A stretch of 64,000 nt of DNA from Torpedo marmorata (Eukaryota). The notes beneath the pieces were generated by a model. It searched no databases. It saw only the letters and a list, made by a program, of their open reading frames with translations, and was not told where the DNA came from. The position numbers and the translations under genes were made by a program. The stretch spans positions 40,052,001 through 40,116,000 of the forward strand of contig OZ360234.1 of NCBI GenBank assembly GCA_977017645.1, read 5' to 3'. Shown in pieces: positions 52,789-64,000 of the stretch (positions are counted from its first letter, which is position 1; every line of letters begins with the position of its first letter).

Positions 52789-54032
52789 AAGAAATGAAAA
52801 GCAGAGAAGTAAAGAGAAAGGGGTGCTTGAAATAAACTAGAAATGCTCATGTTTCCAAATACCATGCTTTGGATTAAAACATTCTGATTTGATCACAGTA
52901 TCAAAGACAATACAAGGTCTGTCCAACAGTGGATGTTCTTTTAAAATAAAGATTACTTAGAACTCTTGAAGTTATACCTCACACAGTGATTTAAAAAAAG
53001 AATGTTGCAGAAATCTCACCATTTTCTTTCGCTCTATTATTTGACAATATGGCTTTCATTAAAAACACACGGTTATAGCAATTTGATTCACTCTTAAATG
53101 GTCATTTCCAACTTTGTGGTGTGCAACCAGTACAAAGTAAAATAATGTTGAATGAGGTCAATATTGCACTCAAATCTGTTCATTTCACTTAGCCCCAAAA
53201 CAACCTCCTCGAGACCTCCAGCACTCCTAACAAGGCTGTTAGCATAAAAGGCAGAAATATAATTTTATTGCCCCTCATAAAAATCTTACTCATTAATTTT
53301 GCACTGTTACGCTAAAGTTTACTTGCTAATATTTTCTGCTCACGCTGTTTGTAAAAGTTGACAATAATATTATCAAGGAAATTCTGTTTCAGTTATTCAA
53401 GAGTTAAAGGTATGTCACTGGATCTTAAAAATAATTGAAGAAAGCTTTAACTGGTCCATTTAGTGTGCTCCATCTTCTATAACAATCATGATTTGCATCA
53501 GTATGTGTAGTACCCACATACAGGTATTTAATCGCCTGAGGGCTTTATTGTCATGATAAAACTTCCCAGAATTTAAAGTTTTATGAATCTTCTTTTTGTC
53601 CCTGAAATATTTGAATGACATTTCCAGGATATCAAAATAAGTTATCCACCTCAGCATAAAATAAGCATCTATATTAGCTTGGAGGAATGTAGTGCAGATT
53701 TTCCCAAATAGAACCTAGGCTCCAAGGAATAAATGATGAGAAGTGATCAGAAAACCTAACATTTCCTCCACTGGAATTCAATATATTTGAATTGATTTAA
53801 CTTTCTATAATTTTAAGGTTAGCCTCCAGTATAGATGGGAATCATTTATGCTGATTTATTAGTTTAACATAACTGTCAAGAGATTTGGGGCAAAGTGTAA
53901 TGCATGGAGGAAAAAGAAAACTCCTGGTCCTATGCACCTCTGAGTAGTATAGCTCCAAGTGATGGAAGTTCCTATTGATCTGGCTTAGAACACATTTGCC
54001 ATTTCCATCTTCAACCACATTATGGAGGTAGG

Positions 54033-54431
54033 AAAGTAAACACGAAAATCTGTAGACACCGTGGTTGAAGTAAAAAACACAAATGCTGGAGAACTCAGCA
54101 GGTCAAACAGTGTCTTTTATGTAGCAAAGGTAGAAATACATAACCGACTTTTCGGGCTTGAGCCCTTCATCAAAGTATGAGAAAATGCCGGCAGGCGTCC
54201 GAACAAAGGAGTGAGGGGGGAAGGGGGGTGGCAAAGGCAGGAGATGATAGGTGGAGAAAGGAGGGAGGGGACAGCAGCAAAGAGGGGGAGGAGGGATGGC
54301 TGGGTGGGTGGAAAAAACAACATCTCATATTCCGTCTCGGCACTCTCCAGCCAGATGGCATTAACATTGACTTTTCTGCTTTCCACTAAACCTGCTTGTC
54401 GTTCCCTTCCCCTTCCCCCTCACCTTTTTCC
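54033..54431. mobile_element. Short inverted Penelope-like insertion in the ERV 5' LTR
   Basis: TSD AGGTAGG at 54026-54032 and 54432-54438; minus-strand pseudo-LTR joined to a plus-strand QHLIFRLGTLQPDGINIDFSAFH segment; same family as 21084-23596. Confidence 0.85.
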
Positions 54432-55009
54432 AGGTAGGGGTCTGTCTAGTTTAGACTGATGCTGATTAATACAACTTGATTAATCCTTAAATGCAGCAGG
54501 TGCCTTGTGGAGGAGTGCTGAAACGGTTGCAGGTACAGTACCCAAGGACAGTGGGGCCCTATGACGTGTGCTACCTGGCAACAACAGCCGAGCTGATAAA
54601 TTTCTACTAAGCCCCAAAATGATGTGACTTACTAGGGGAGACAAAACTGTAAACAATACCTGAGGGGAGGGATATACATCTATGTGAATGGTTCACAATA
54701 AAGTGCATCATGTAGATGGACATTGCATAGCTTAATGCCGATGGGATAATGCTTGCCGCCGAGGAGGAGACTGTTTTGAGATTGGTTAGTGTCAGACAGC
54801 ATTGGAGTATACAAACCCATGCATGTGTATGTTCGTGGAGCCTCTCGATCCTCAATGGAGGTGACAGACCTCCCACAGGCCTGTGTACAGAATAAAGGGA
54901 ATTGGCTGAAGAAGACGAGTGAGTCCTTCATTCCTCAGGAGAGTAAACTCCTGATTGAGATCTCACCCCAGAACCTGGATGAGGTATCGATGCTGATCCT
55001 CCACAAATT

Positions 55010-55027
55010 TGGCAAGCCAGCCAGTAG
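55010..55027 (+). promoter_or_regulatory. Primer-binding site, tRNA-Arg(ACG)-like
   Basis: TGGCAAGCCAGCCAGTAG lies 4 nt after the LTR end; 16/18 match to TGGCGAGCCAGCCAGGAG, the complement of the vertebrate tRNA-Arg(ACG) 3' end as recalled. Confidence 0.75.
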
Positions 55028-55831
55028 CCCAACATCTCGACGGGACCGTGAAAGGAGGCCGATGGACTGTGGGTTTCCTCCGGTAGATAACTGGCAAAAT
55101 TACAATAAACAGACACTTTTTTCATAAAAGTCTGTGAAGGAGGCTCTACGTGGTGCAGCAGTTCTGGGTGCGGTATTGTGCGAGTGACGGACTCCCGTGG
55201 ACGAGTGTAAATTAAGAATTTAAAAATCAGGAGTCAACTTGAGAAATGATCGGCTGAGAGACATCATTAAAATTTAGGGGGTTTTATCATGAAAAGTGGA
55301 AAAATATGTGATGTGACCAAAGAGATGATGTAGAGAATAAGTGAATTAGTAAGACAATAAGAGAATAAAAGAAAAGAGATTTATAAGGAAAATTTAAATC
55401 GGGTGAATCATGAGCTGTGGCCAACATTGAACTAGCCCCGCGAAGGGTGAATCCTGAGTCATGACTTCTGAATTCACCCCAAGCAGGGTGAATCGTGCGG
55501 TGTGCCCGCTGCTAAACTAGCCTTAGAAAAGTGGTGAATCGTGGGCCGTGTAGAAACTGTGAGCAAGGAGATGTCCTCCCCAGAACCATCCGCAACTGAA
55601 CTAACCTAAAAAAAACATAAAAAAGGAGTAGAAATGAGAAAAAGAAAAAAAAAGAAAGTAAAATAAAAGAGAACACAGAGCAAGAAAGAGTTAAGGGGAA
55701 TTTTTTGGGGGATGAATTACTTCGGAACGCCTCGAGGAGTTGAGAGTGGGTAAGGGCTGATAACCTTTGTACATGATTTCAGCGCCTAAGAAGTGAGTCT
55801 GTGCCACAAAGCCTTGCAAAAATTAATTGGT

Positions 55832-57260
55832 ATGGAAGGAATTCAGGAAAAGACAGAACCGTTAACTACTGCCGAGCACATGAAGAGTTTATTCCAGACA
55901 AACTATGGCCAGACAATGAATAAGTGGAGGAAATGAATAGAGAAAGGTCCAAACACCTGGCCAGAGAACAGCAATTAGACCGATACATACTCAGTGTGTC
56001 GACATCATCCTCTACAACATGGAAGCCAATGCCAGAATAGGACAGAAAGGCAAATTAAAGGCACACAGAGCACACCTGAATCATTGGAAGAGTGAGTGTG
56101 CGAGGTATGTGGAGGGCAGGCAGGGCAATGAGTCCAGATGATGGAATACCCGTAAACAACGAGGAGAAACAAATACCACCATCTCCCTCGGCCCCTGCCT
56201 TCACATTGGATCCAGAGCGACCACCATCCTACACCATGCCGGCGACATCGGTCAAACCATGCACAACCTCAGGAGTTTATGTAGCCCAAGGAGAACAGGC
56301 ATCAAGGACCAGTCAAGCTAAACCACCAACAAAATGAGGAAAGAGCAAGTTCAAGTGAGAGGTGTACTGAAAGTTACAGGGCAGCTAGGCCCAACCCTGT
56401 TAAAACCTTCAGATGGAGCAGGAGAAACTGAACATTGATCAGTGCACCGAGGACAAGCTCCTGAACTCACCTGCAGAGAAATAAAGCAAGAAGTCCGTGC
56501 CAATGATGGAGAGTAAAAACACAATACTGGAGAAACTTCATATCGCAAAGATAAAGATACATAACTGACGTTTCGGGCTTGAGTCCTTCATCAGGGTATG
56601 GAAAAATGTCGGCAGGCGTCCGAACAAAAAGGTAATGGGGGGAAGGGGTGGGGAGAGGAGCATGGTCGCAAAGGCAGGAGGTAGTAGGTAGAGAAGGGAG
56701 GGAGGGCACAGCAGCAAGCAGGGGGAGGAGGGGTGGCTCGGTGAATAGAGAGGGAAGGGGGTGGAGAGCTGAGGGAAAGAAGACAGGAGGAAGAGAAGGG
56801 AGGGAGAAAGGAGAGCAGGTTAGCAGAATCCGGAGAAGTCGATGTTAATGCCATCCGGCTGGAGAGTGCCCAGACGGAAAATCAGGTGTTGTTCCTCCAA
56901 TTTACGGGTGGTCTTGGTGTGATACTACATGAGGCAATGGACAGATGGAGAGACCAGTAAAGAAGATGACGGGAGTCTCAGACTGTCTCTGAGAGATCGT
57001 GACACTGGTAGCGCAATGAGTTACAGGGAGCTGCTTGAGGAACTGGAAAGAGTAGTGAAGCGAGAAGCTCTGAGGAGAGCGGAAAGGACGTGTACAAAAA
57101 AGAAGAAAGAAAAGGAAACTGAGTGTGAACAGAAAGTTGGAAAGTGGTGCTGACGCAGTACTGTAATCCTTCAGCCATTGAAGAGGCAGTTTGATATTGA
57201 GACAGGTGAGACTGTATCATCACAAACGAGAAATGAGAGTAGGTGCAGATGAAGTGAGAC
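55832..57260 (+). pseudogene. gag: ERV gag remnant
   Basis: MA-like ..KW.....NTWPEN; PSAP and PPSY late-domain motifs in ORF 56092-56337; capsid mostly absent; many stops. Confidence 0.65.
56512..56943 (-). mobile_element. Penelope-like 3' fragment inserted in gag
   Basis: TSD GATGGAGA(G) at 56505 and 56944; carries a hammerhead with canonical CTGATGA core at ~56560-56600 (minus). Confidence 0.82.
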
Positions 57261-57269
57261 AAATGATTT

Positions 57270-57694
57270 CAGTAAAAAACACAAATGCTGGAGAAACTCA
57301 GCAGGTCAAACAGTGTCCTTTATATAGCAAAGGTAAAAATACATAACCGACGTTTCGAGCTGAGCCCTTCATCAAGGTATGGAAAAATGTCGGCAGGCGT
57401 TCAAACAAAAGAGTAATGGGGGAGGTGTGGTCGCAAAGGCAGGAGGTGAAAGGGGGAGAAGGGAGGGAGGGGACAGCAGCGATCAAGGGGAGGAGGGATG
57501 GCTAGGTGAATAGCGAGGGAAGGGTGGGAGGAGAACTGGAAAGGGGAAGGGATTGATGAAGGGCTCAAGCGCGAAATGTCGGTTATGTATTTTTACCTTT
57601 GCAATATAAAGGTCACTGTTTGGACCTGCTGAGTTTCTCCTGCATTGTGTGTGTTTTACTTCAACCACGGTGTCCACAGATTCTCGTGTTTTAC
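57270..57694. mobile_element. Short inverted Penelope-like pseudo-LTR pair
   Basis: TSD CAAATGATT at 57260-57268 and 57695-57703; hammerhead-like motif on each strand. Confidence 0.82.
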
Positions 57695-57948
57695 CAAATG
57701 ATTCAGTTGTGTCGCCACATCCATTGACTGAACTGAGGATTGACATTGAAATTGGAGGAAAGAAGTGTAGTTTCTTACTGATACCAGAACTCAATGGTGT
57801 GAATGGGATGGGACTGCAGCTTACATCAAAATACATTACGATGAGAGTATTTTCTGGGGTAACACAAACTGTTACCTCAGAAACAGCTGTCCTGTGGTGC
57901 ATTATATAACATGCATGGAGAGAGGATTGCATCCATGTGAGAGAGGAT

Positions 57949-58092
57949 TGTTACAAATTCAAACCAGCAACGACAGAAGACGCAATGCAAAAGGGGTAAA
58001 ATTGAAATTTATATTTATTAAAGACAATTCAGCAGATAATTTCACAACAATTAACCCCACTATAAACGTCTATAAACACTATTCTTATCTAA

Positions 58093-58142
<50 letters not shown>

Positions 58143-58819
58143 GCCCAGACCATTACAGTCTGTGCCCAACCCTTATGTAAAAATGGAAAACCTTCCCCAA
58201 AACCCCAGGTCAGTCATAAAAATAAGTCAGTCCCAAAAATACAGTCCACAAAAATTCACTCTCTATGTTCAGGGTCCAAATTCAGCTCTGTGTGCTGGCA
58301 AGAAGGACTTCTTAATGAACGTTAGAGAGAGAGACAATGACTGTTTAAGCTTACGAATGCTTGGCCTGCTTTTCTTCTCTGATGACTTTCCCTTTTGGTA
58401 GATTCACAAGGATTGCGACTCCAAATCAGTATACCACTCACAGCCGGTCTCGCTGATCTCACGCCTGTTCTTCACAAAAGTTGTTTTTTAACTCAGGATT
58501 TTGCTGATACAGGAGGCCATGTGCTATTCTCCCAGCCTTTTCCCCTGGGATGCACAAGCCTGGATTTTGATGTGTTCTCCAGCCTTTGCAACTCCAAAAC
58601 AACTGAACCTCAATGCTTTTTGCAGAGGTTTGCACCTGCTTTTGCAAAAGTGCAACAAAATATCTCTCCACAGTCTGTCTCTTTCTGGTGTCTCTCTCTC
58701 TGTGAGTACAGGTCCTGGGCAAGTTAACTCTTACAGTACCAGGTCCCAGTGTGTACTCCAAAAGACCATCCTTCCTGCTGACCGTCCGCAGTCCAAATGG
58801 TCAGTCATGGTCCATAACA
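57949..58819 (-). mobile_element. Solo LTR, family A, inserted in ERV pol
   Basis: Perfect TSD GGAT; similar to 48542-49417; contains a (GT)~22 tract at 58095-58139. Confidence 0.9.
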
Positions 58820-60466
58820 GGATTCATATCAGCGGCATTTTCTGTGGACAAGGCCACTCCAATACAGACATGAATTGACTCTGTCTGTATTACACACAGT
58901 AGAAACACTATTGAGCAGAGGAAAGTCATTTCTCACTCACAAGAGAGTAACGAGCTACGAGGTACTGCTGACACAAACAGGGATGACAATTGTGAGGTGT
59001 AAGACTGTCAGCCCGGCAGAATTGATGATGACACCAGACGATGGGGTAGAGCATGAGTGCCAGGCCATTGTGGAACAAGATTCCCAAGCCAGAGATGACC
59101 TGCATGCAGACCCTCTGCCAAGTCCAGGGCAGAGTGCTACTTGTTGATAGATCACTTTTTATCGACTAAGGGGCAGGGTTGAGAAAGGCTGGATATGCAA
59201 TCGTCGAACAGTCACCGGGGATTACCGGATTGTTGAAGAAAAGGCACTCAACTCAGGCAACAGCGCACAACAAGCCAGACTCTTAGTATTGGCGGAGGCA
59301 TGCAGACTGTGCGAAGGGCAAACAGCCAACATCTATACCGATTCCGCATATGCCTGGGGTGGGAGGGGGGTATGGGGGGCGTAGTTCATAGCAGGGGGAT
59401 GGTTTGGGCTAGGAGAGAGTTCCACACTGCATGAGGAAACCCTGTTAGAAACATGCATGAAATTAGAGAAATTAGAGGCCATGAAACTACCATCCAAATT
59501 GGCAGTGATAAAATGTGCAGCCCACAAACGAGGCACTGATCCAGTCTCCATTGGTAATGACCATGCTGACAATGCCGCAAAAACCGCAGCCAACAGCTTT
59601 GAACACTGGCAGGAGTACCGGCCTCAGGCAAATCAAGCAGATTGGTAGAAGTAAAAGAGGTACCTCTGCAGGATTTGATTGAAGCACAACAGGCCACAAC
59701 AGTTAGTGAGAAAAAAGATTGGGAATGGAAAGGCTGCACCCTGGACAAATCAGTGGGCAATGGAGACAAATTATTGTGGCGCCGAGCTCGTTAACACAGG
59801 AAATTTGCAGAGCAGCTCATGGAGTGAGTCACTCTGCAAGGGGGGAGATAATGAACACAATTCAGAACCATTGTTTTATACTGAAATTATTTGAACATGT
59901 GAACAATACAATTTTGAGATGCCAAACATAAAACAAACATAAAAAAGGAATTCCTAGCACACCAGGTTCTACGCCACCACCAGTAGGTCAATTTACTCAC
60001 ATTGTAATGGGCAACATAGACATGGTCAACTGTGCAGAAGGAAACCACTACTGCCTGATAAATATTGATAGGTTCCAGAGGAGGGTTGAAGCATTTCCCA
60101 CCACGCATGCAGACGCCAAAACAGTAACAAAAGCGCTTGCAAAAGAAATCTTCCTTTAAGTTTGGAGTGTGTCAGACACTAGAGCAGTGATAATGGACCT
60201 CATTTTGCAAATGAACTTACAGACACACTGTGTAAAGTTGTGGGAATTAGACAGAAATTCTCTTGTATATATCACCCACAATCAGTTGACATAGTAGAAA
60301 GGTGCACTGGTAGCCTGAAAGCCAAATTGACAAAAGTATGCAGACGATCAGGTGTGAACTGGGTACAATGCTTACTGATAGCACTCATGGCCATGAGAAA
60401 CAGTAGAAATAGATGTACCCATTTAACTCAGCATGAAATGCTTACTGAAGGTTGATGTCAATATTA

Positions 60467-60810
60467 GGCCTTTTCACACCGCCGAATTCTGCCAACCCTC
60501 CTAGGAACCGGGTAAAGTTCCCGGGAAGGCTGCACCTCTGGGGCCTTTCACACTGCAGCATGAATTACCTGGTAAATCGGCAACCGGGGATTTTAAGCTC
60601 CAGCGGTGACAATGCGAGAGCAGGTTGTGCTTTCACACCGCCAGAAGGTGATTGGCGGGTTAACTCAGCCGGGTTCCGAGAGTACCCCGCCCCATGTCTC
60701 CGAGCCCGGTTGAATTTGACCTGCCCTGCCCGGTTGGGACGTTTCACACCGCACGATTACCGGGTAAGTTGCCCGGTTAACCCACATGTACTCGGCGGTG
60801 TGAAAGGGCC
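60467..60810. mobile_element. PIF/Harbinger-like MITE inserted in ERV integrase
   Basis: TIRs GGCCTTTTCACACCGCCGA / TCGGCGGTGTGAAAGGGCC; flanks TTA and TAA; internal TTTCACACYGC repeats. Confidence 0.75.
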
Positions 60811-60939
60811 TAATGCCAATGACTAAGCCCAGTAGTAATGAGGTAAGTTTAGAAGTGTTGGAAGAAGAACTCGAAAAGTACTTAAAAGTACTAACTTTGG
60901 TGATCAGATCTGTTTATACCTGTTTATATAGGTTAATAT

Positions 60940-62115
60940 ATTATGAAACAGAAAATGTGATGTCATGTATCAATATAGCCTGCACCAGAGCCCAACCCAT
61001 GATAGAACCTGACGATAATGAGTAAGATGTACTTGCCGAATTCTTGGAAAAACAAGCACCCAATACTCTATGTTTCCACATTGCATATGTAACAATGGCA
61101 GTAGAATGCATAAGGGCATGTCCACTTGCCTGCATAGGTCTGCTAAAATAGGGTATAGTACTACAGGGATGGGAGAAACAATAGACCATGATAAAAGGAG
61201 GAAAGGTGTTGGTAAACCAAACATATACGGGTGGCATACATGGTATTCATCTTGGTTGGGGAATGCCAGTTGATGAATCGGGACTCTGGGTCTGCGGAGA
61301 GCGAGGTTACTGGTTCCTGCCAACGAATTAGTCAGGGTGTTGCAGACAAGTAGATTTCACAGTCATTAAATTAAGGGTCACACCAATCTCACAGATAAAG
61401 GAACACTTGACATCAGGACTGTCACGAAAAAAGAAGGAGATGGCTCAATTCCATAATATTGAATGATTTCACTGGAGAATATCCTTAGGAAAAAATGGGG
61501 AACACCCCATGAAGCATGAGATGGCTCTAGACCAGTGGTTCTCATCCTTTTTTTTCCACTCACCTACCACCTTAAGTAATGCCTTACTAACCAGAGCACC
61601 TATGGCATCCTATGTGGTATCTGAGTGGAAAAAAAAGGTTGAGAACCATTGCACTGGACTATATTTTGGCAAGACAAGGTGGACTCTGTGTTGCACTAAA
61701 TTTGAAAGACGATGCATGCGTCACCTTCATTCCAGACTCAGAAGATAACATGACCAATGTTATTGATGAACTGAGAATAATTAGATATGCATTTGGCCCT
61801 CTAAAAAAACAAGAAAATAATTCTCGTGGTGGATCACCGATCATTTAGGACCCTGGGGAGATATGCTAGTACAAATCCTGATCCCCATAGCTGTAGTCTT
61901 GGGGATTGCTGTTTGTGGATGTACCATGGTGCTGACATGTGCAAAAGCCATGGTGGCCCGCTGGGTAGGAACAATGTTAGGAGGAAAGGGTATGATGATT
62001 CAACAGGACGAAGGTATAGGGGAGCGTGTCCGCATGTGTAATGATACGAACAGAAGAAAGAAGTCCATGCCCATGTTCAGGAATGCAGTAGACCTGATAC
62101 CATTAGACCCAGAAT
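60940..62115 (+). pseudogene. env: ERV env remnant (gamma-type SU C-terminus and TM)
   Basis: LWVCGERGYWFLPTN*SGCC at ~61284-61343; HEMALD|YILARQGGLCVALNLKDDACVTFIPD (ISD-like); hydrophobic anchor LVQILIPIAVVLGIAVCGC. Confidence 0.8.
61533..61651. mobile_element. hAT (Charlie-like) MITE, 119 bp
   Basis: Long TIRs CAGTGGTTCTCATCCTTTTTTTTCCACTCA / TGAGTGGAAAAAAAAGGTTGAGAACCATTG; 8-bp TSD CTCTAGAC / CACTGGAC. Confidence 0.85.
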
Positions 62116-62117
62116 CT

Positions 62118-62410
62118 TTAAATTTAAAATTTAAATTTAGACATACAGCACAGTAACAGGCCATCTTGGCCAATGAGCCTATGCCACCCAATTACACCCA
62201 ATTAACCTACAACCTACAATTACACCCAATTAACCTACAACCCCCGGTACGTTTCAAATGATGGGAGGAAACCGGAGCACCTGGAGGAAACCCATGCAGA
62301 CACGGGGAGAATGTACAAACTCCTTACAGATAGCGCGAGATTTGAACCCCAGTCCCGATTGCTTGCGCTGTAATGGCATTGCACTAACCGCTACGCCAAC
62401 CGTGCTGCCC
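62118..62410 (-). mobile_element. tRNA-derived V-SINE (HE1-like)
   Basis: Same family as 34767-35015: A/B boxes, V-core, (TTTAAA)n tail; short internal tandem duplication at ~62190-62240. Confidence 0.85.
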
Positions 62411-62616
62411 CACAATCTGTTTTCAGCATTTGCAGCTTAGATTTAATTAAACCATTTATTTGTTTTTAATACTGTAAAGATAACCTCTCCCTGACCTGAG
62501 GAGTTCAAGGGAATGCACCTCTCCGGAAGGAGATGGTTGACTGCTTGTAACGCTTAATGTTTAACATATCTGCATGAGATTGTATTGTGAGACTGTAAAA
62601 GTCTCAAATGGGGAAA

Positions 62617-63174
62617 TGTGGAAGAATAGGTCTGTCTAGTTTAGACTGATGTTGATTAATAAAACTTTATTAATACTTAAATGTGCCAGATGCGTTGTGA
62701 AGGAGTGCTGAGATGGTTGCAGATACCCAAGGACAGTGGGGGCCCTATGAAGTGTGTTGCCTGCCAACAACAGCCGAGCTGATAAATTTCCACTAGTTCC
62801 CAAAATCATGTGACTTATAAGAGCTAGGGAGCCAAGGGGAGTGGGACACGTCTCTGTAATTGGTCCACAATATGGTGAAACATGTAGATGGACATCGCAT
62901 TGCTTAATGCTGATGGATAATGATTTCTGGCTAGGAGACTGTTTTGAGATTGGTTAGTGTCGGATTGCATTGGAGTATACAAACCCATGCATTTGTATGA
63001 TCGGGGACCTCCTCGATCCTGTACGGAGGAACGGACCTCCCACAGGCTTGTGTATCGAATTATGGGAACTGGCTGAAGAAGACGAGTCCGAGTTCTTCAC
63101 TCCTCAAGGGGGTCAACTGCTGATTGAGATCTCACCTCAGAACCTGGACGAGGTATCAATACTGATCCTCCACG
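62617..63174 (+). repeat. ERV 3' LTR
   Basis: TGTGGA...TCCACG, colinear with 54021-54032 plus 54439-55005, clearly diverged (old insertion). Confidence 0.85.
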
Positions 63175-64000
63175 ACATGCTCTTTTGGACAAAAGCAATG
63201 TATACTTCAAGGATTGAAAGTTCATGGACTTTGACTGGAAAACTACCTTCCAGTTTTGTTTGCTGATTCTGAAAAGAACATTTGGGAAGAATGAAGGAGG
63301 AGGAATTGTAAATTAGCTGACAGCATAAGAAACAAATTTCACCTTTGTTGTACATTTCCAACTACTCACAGTCAAAAGGAAGCTGCAGTTCTCAGCAGAA
63401 ACTTGGATCCCATTGCCGATTTTTAACATATCTATCTGTAGAAATATAGAAATTGGGCTTACAAACTTAGAAAGTATGTTTTAAAATTACCTCACAGAAA
63501 TTGTTGCAAGTAAGGCTCAACTTAAGTTATTCAGTCAAGAAGCTTCCAGGGAGCAGGGTACAAGCTTGAGGCTATCAAACTCTCAGATAAGGAAACAATT
63601 CTCACCTCTTCTACAAAGCCATATCCTGATATCTGCTCAATCCTTTTAACACAATAGCACTAACTGGCTTTCATAACTGGCTTCCCGCACAAACGCAGCT
63701 GATTGAACTTTACAAACTCAATCACGATTAAGTTTATCAATGACTTTAGGAGCAAACAGCTACACTCAAGGTGCCACTTCAGTTTCGATCTAATATTGTT
63801 TCTGCCTAGAAGTTTCTTTCCCCATTGTTAACATTGATGGCTTGATATTATTGTGAGACTGACAATTTGCATGTGATAATTAAAGACTAAATATCAGGCA
63901 TACAGAATGCAGATGTTACTGTGTATTGGAAGCAATGTTTCCAGACTTCTGCCTGTTTCATATGCAAGAAATTATATCTTTTAATTATGACTTGTACATG

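Larger units (their letters stand above)
57705..60925 (+). pseudogene. pol: ERV pol remnant: protease, tether, RNase H, integrase; RT absent
   Basis: PR FLTDTR (DTG-like) at ~57772; tether ERGLHPCERG, LT.KR.TSYE.LL, TPDDG.EHEC; RNase H AGYAIV, SAQQA.L, NIYTDSAYA, KCAAH...GND.AD; IN AHGVSH, VEAFPT, SDNGPHF, YHPQS..IVER. Confidence 0.85.
54021..63174 (+). mobile_element. Endogenous retrovirus, two LTRs, decayed and internally deleted (class I, epsilon-like)
   Basis: 5' LTR 54021-55005 (split by a PLE) and 3' LTR 62617-63174; TSD ACAT (54017-54020, 63175-63178); PBS; PPT AAATGGGGAAA; gag, PR, tether, RNase H, IN and env remnants in retroviral order. Confidence 0.88.

Noticed and set aside
54789-55127. 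ORF similar to 62970-63266 (LLIEISPQNLDEVS) as a retroviral accessory gene
   Set aside because: The similarity reflects LTR duplication; frames and stops are not conserved between the LTRs.
55400-55560. Spaced repeats as a CRISPR-like array
   Set aside because: Only an 8-bp core, degenerate units, eukaryotic retroviral-leader context and no cas genes.

Overview
Eukaryotic, gene-poor DNA dense in transposons. The repeat inventory (V-SINE/HE1-like SINEs, CR1, Rex1/Babar, AT-rich L1, Tx1, Penelope-like elements) points to a cartilaginous fish (inference). No intact host gene is recognisable. Main structures: (1) an internally deleted Ty3/Gypsy element (9254-11889, minus) with 262-bp LTRs. It has no tRNA primer site but has a perfect 15-nt self-complementary PBS, which suggests self-priming, and a 69-bp inverted self-copy fuses gag in frame to RNase H. 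(2) A decayed two-LTR endogenous retrovirus (54021-63174, plus; ACAT target duplication, tRNA-Arg PBS, gag PSAP/PPxY, RNase H, integrase, gamma-type env TM) lacking RT and carrying seven nested insertions. (3) Many Penelope-like insertions with inverted pseudo-LTRs, target-site duplications (TSDs) and minimal hammerhead-ribozyme motifs. (4) Three LTRs of one tRNA-Pro-primed Gypsy family, several L1/Tx1/CR1/Rex copies, and MITEs (Tc2-like with a long internal palindrome, Harbinger-like, hAT-like). All family assignments come from motif recognition by eye, not database searches.
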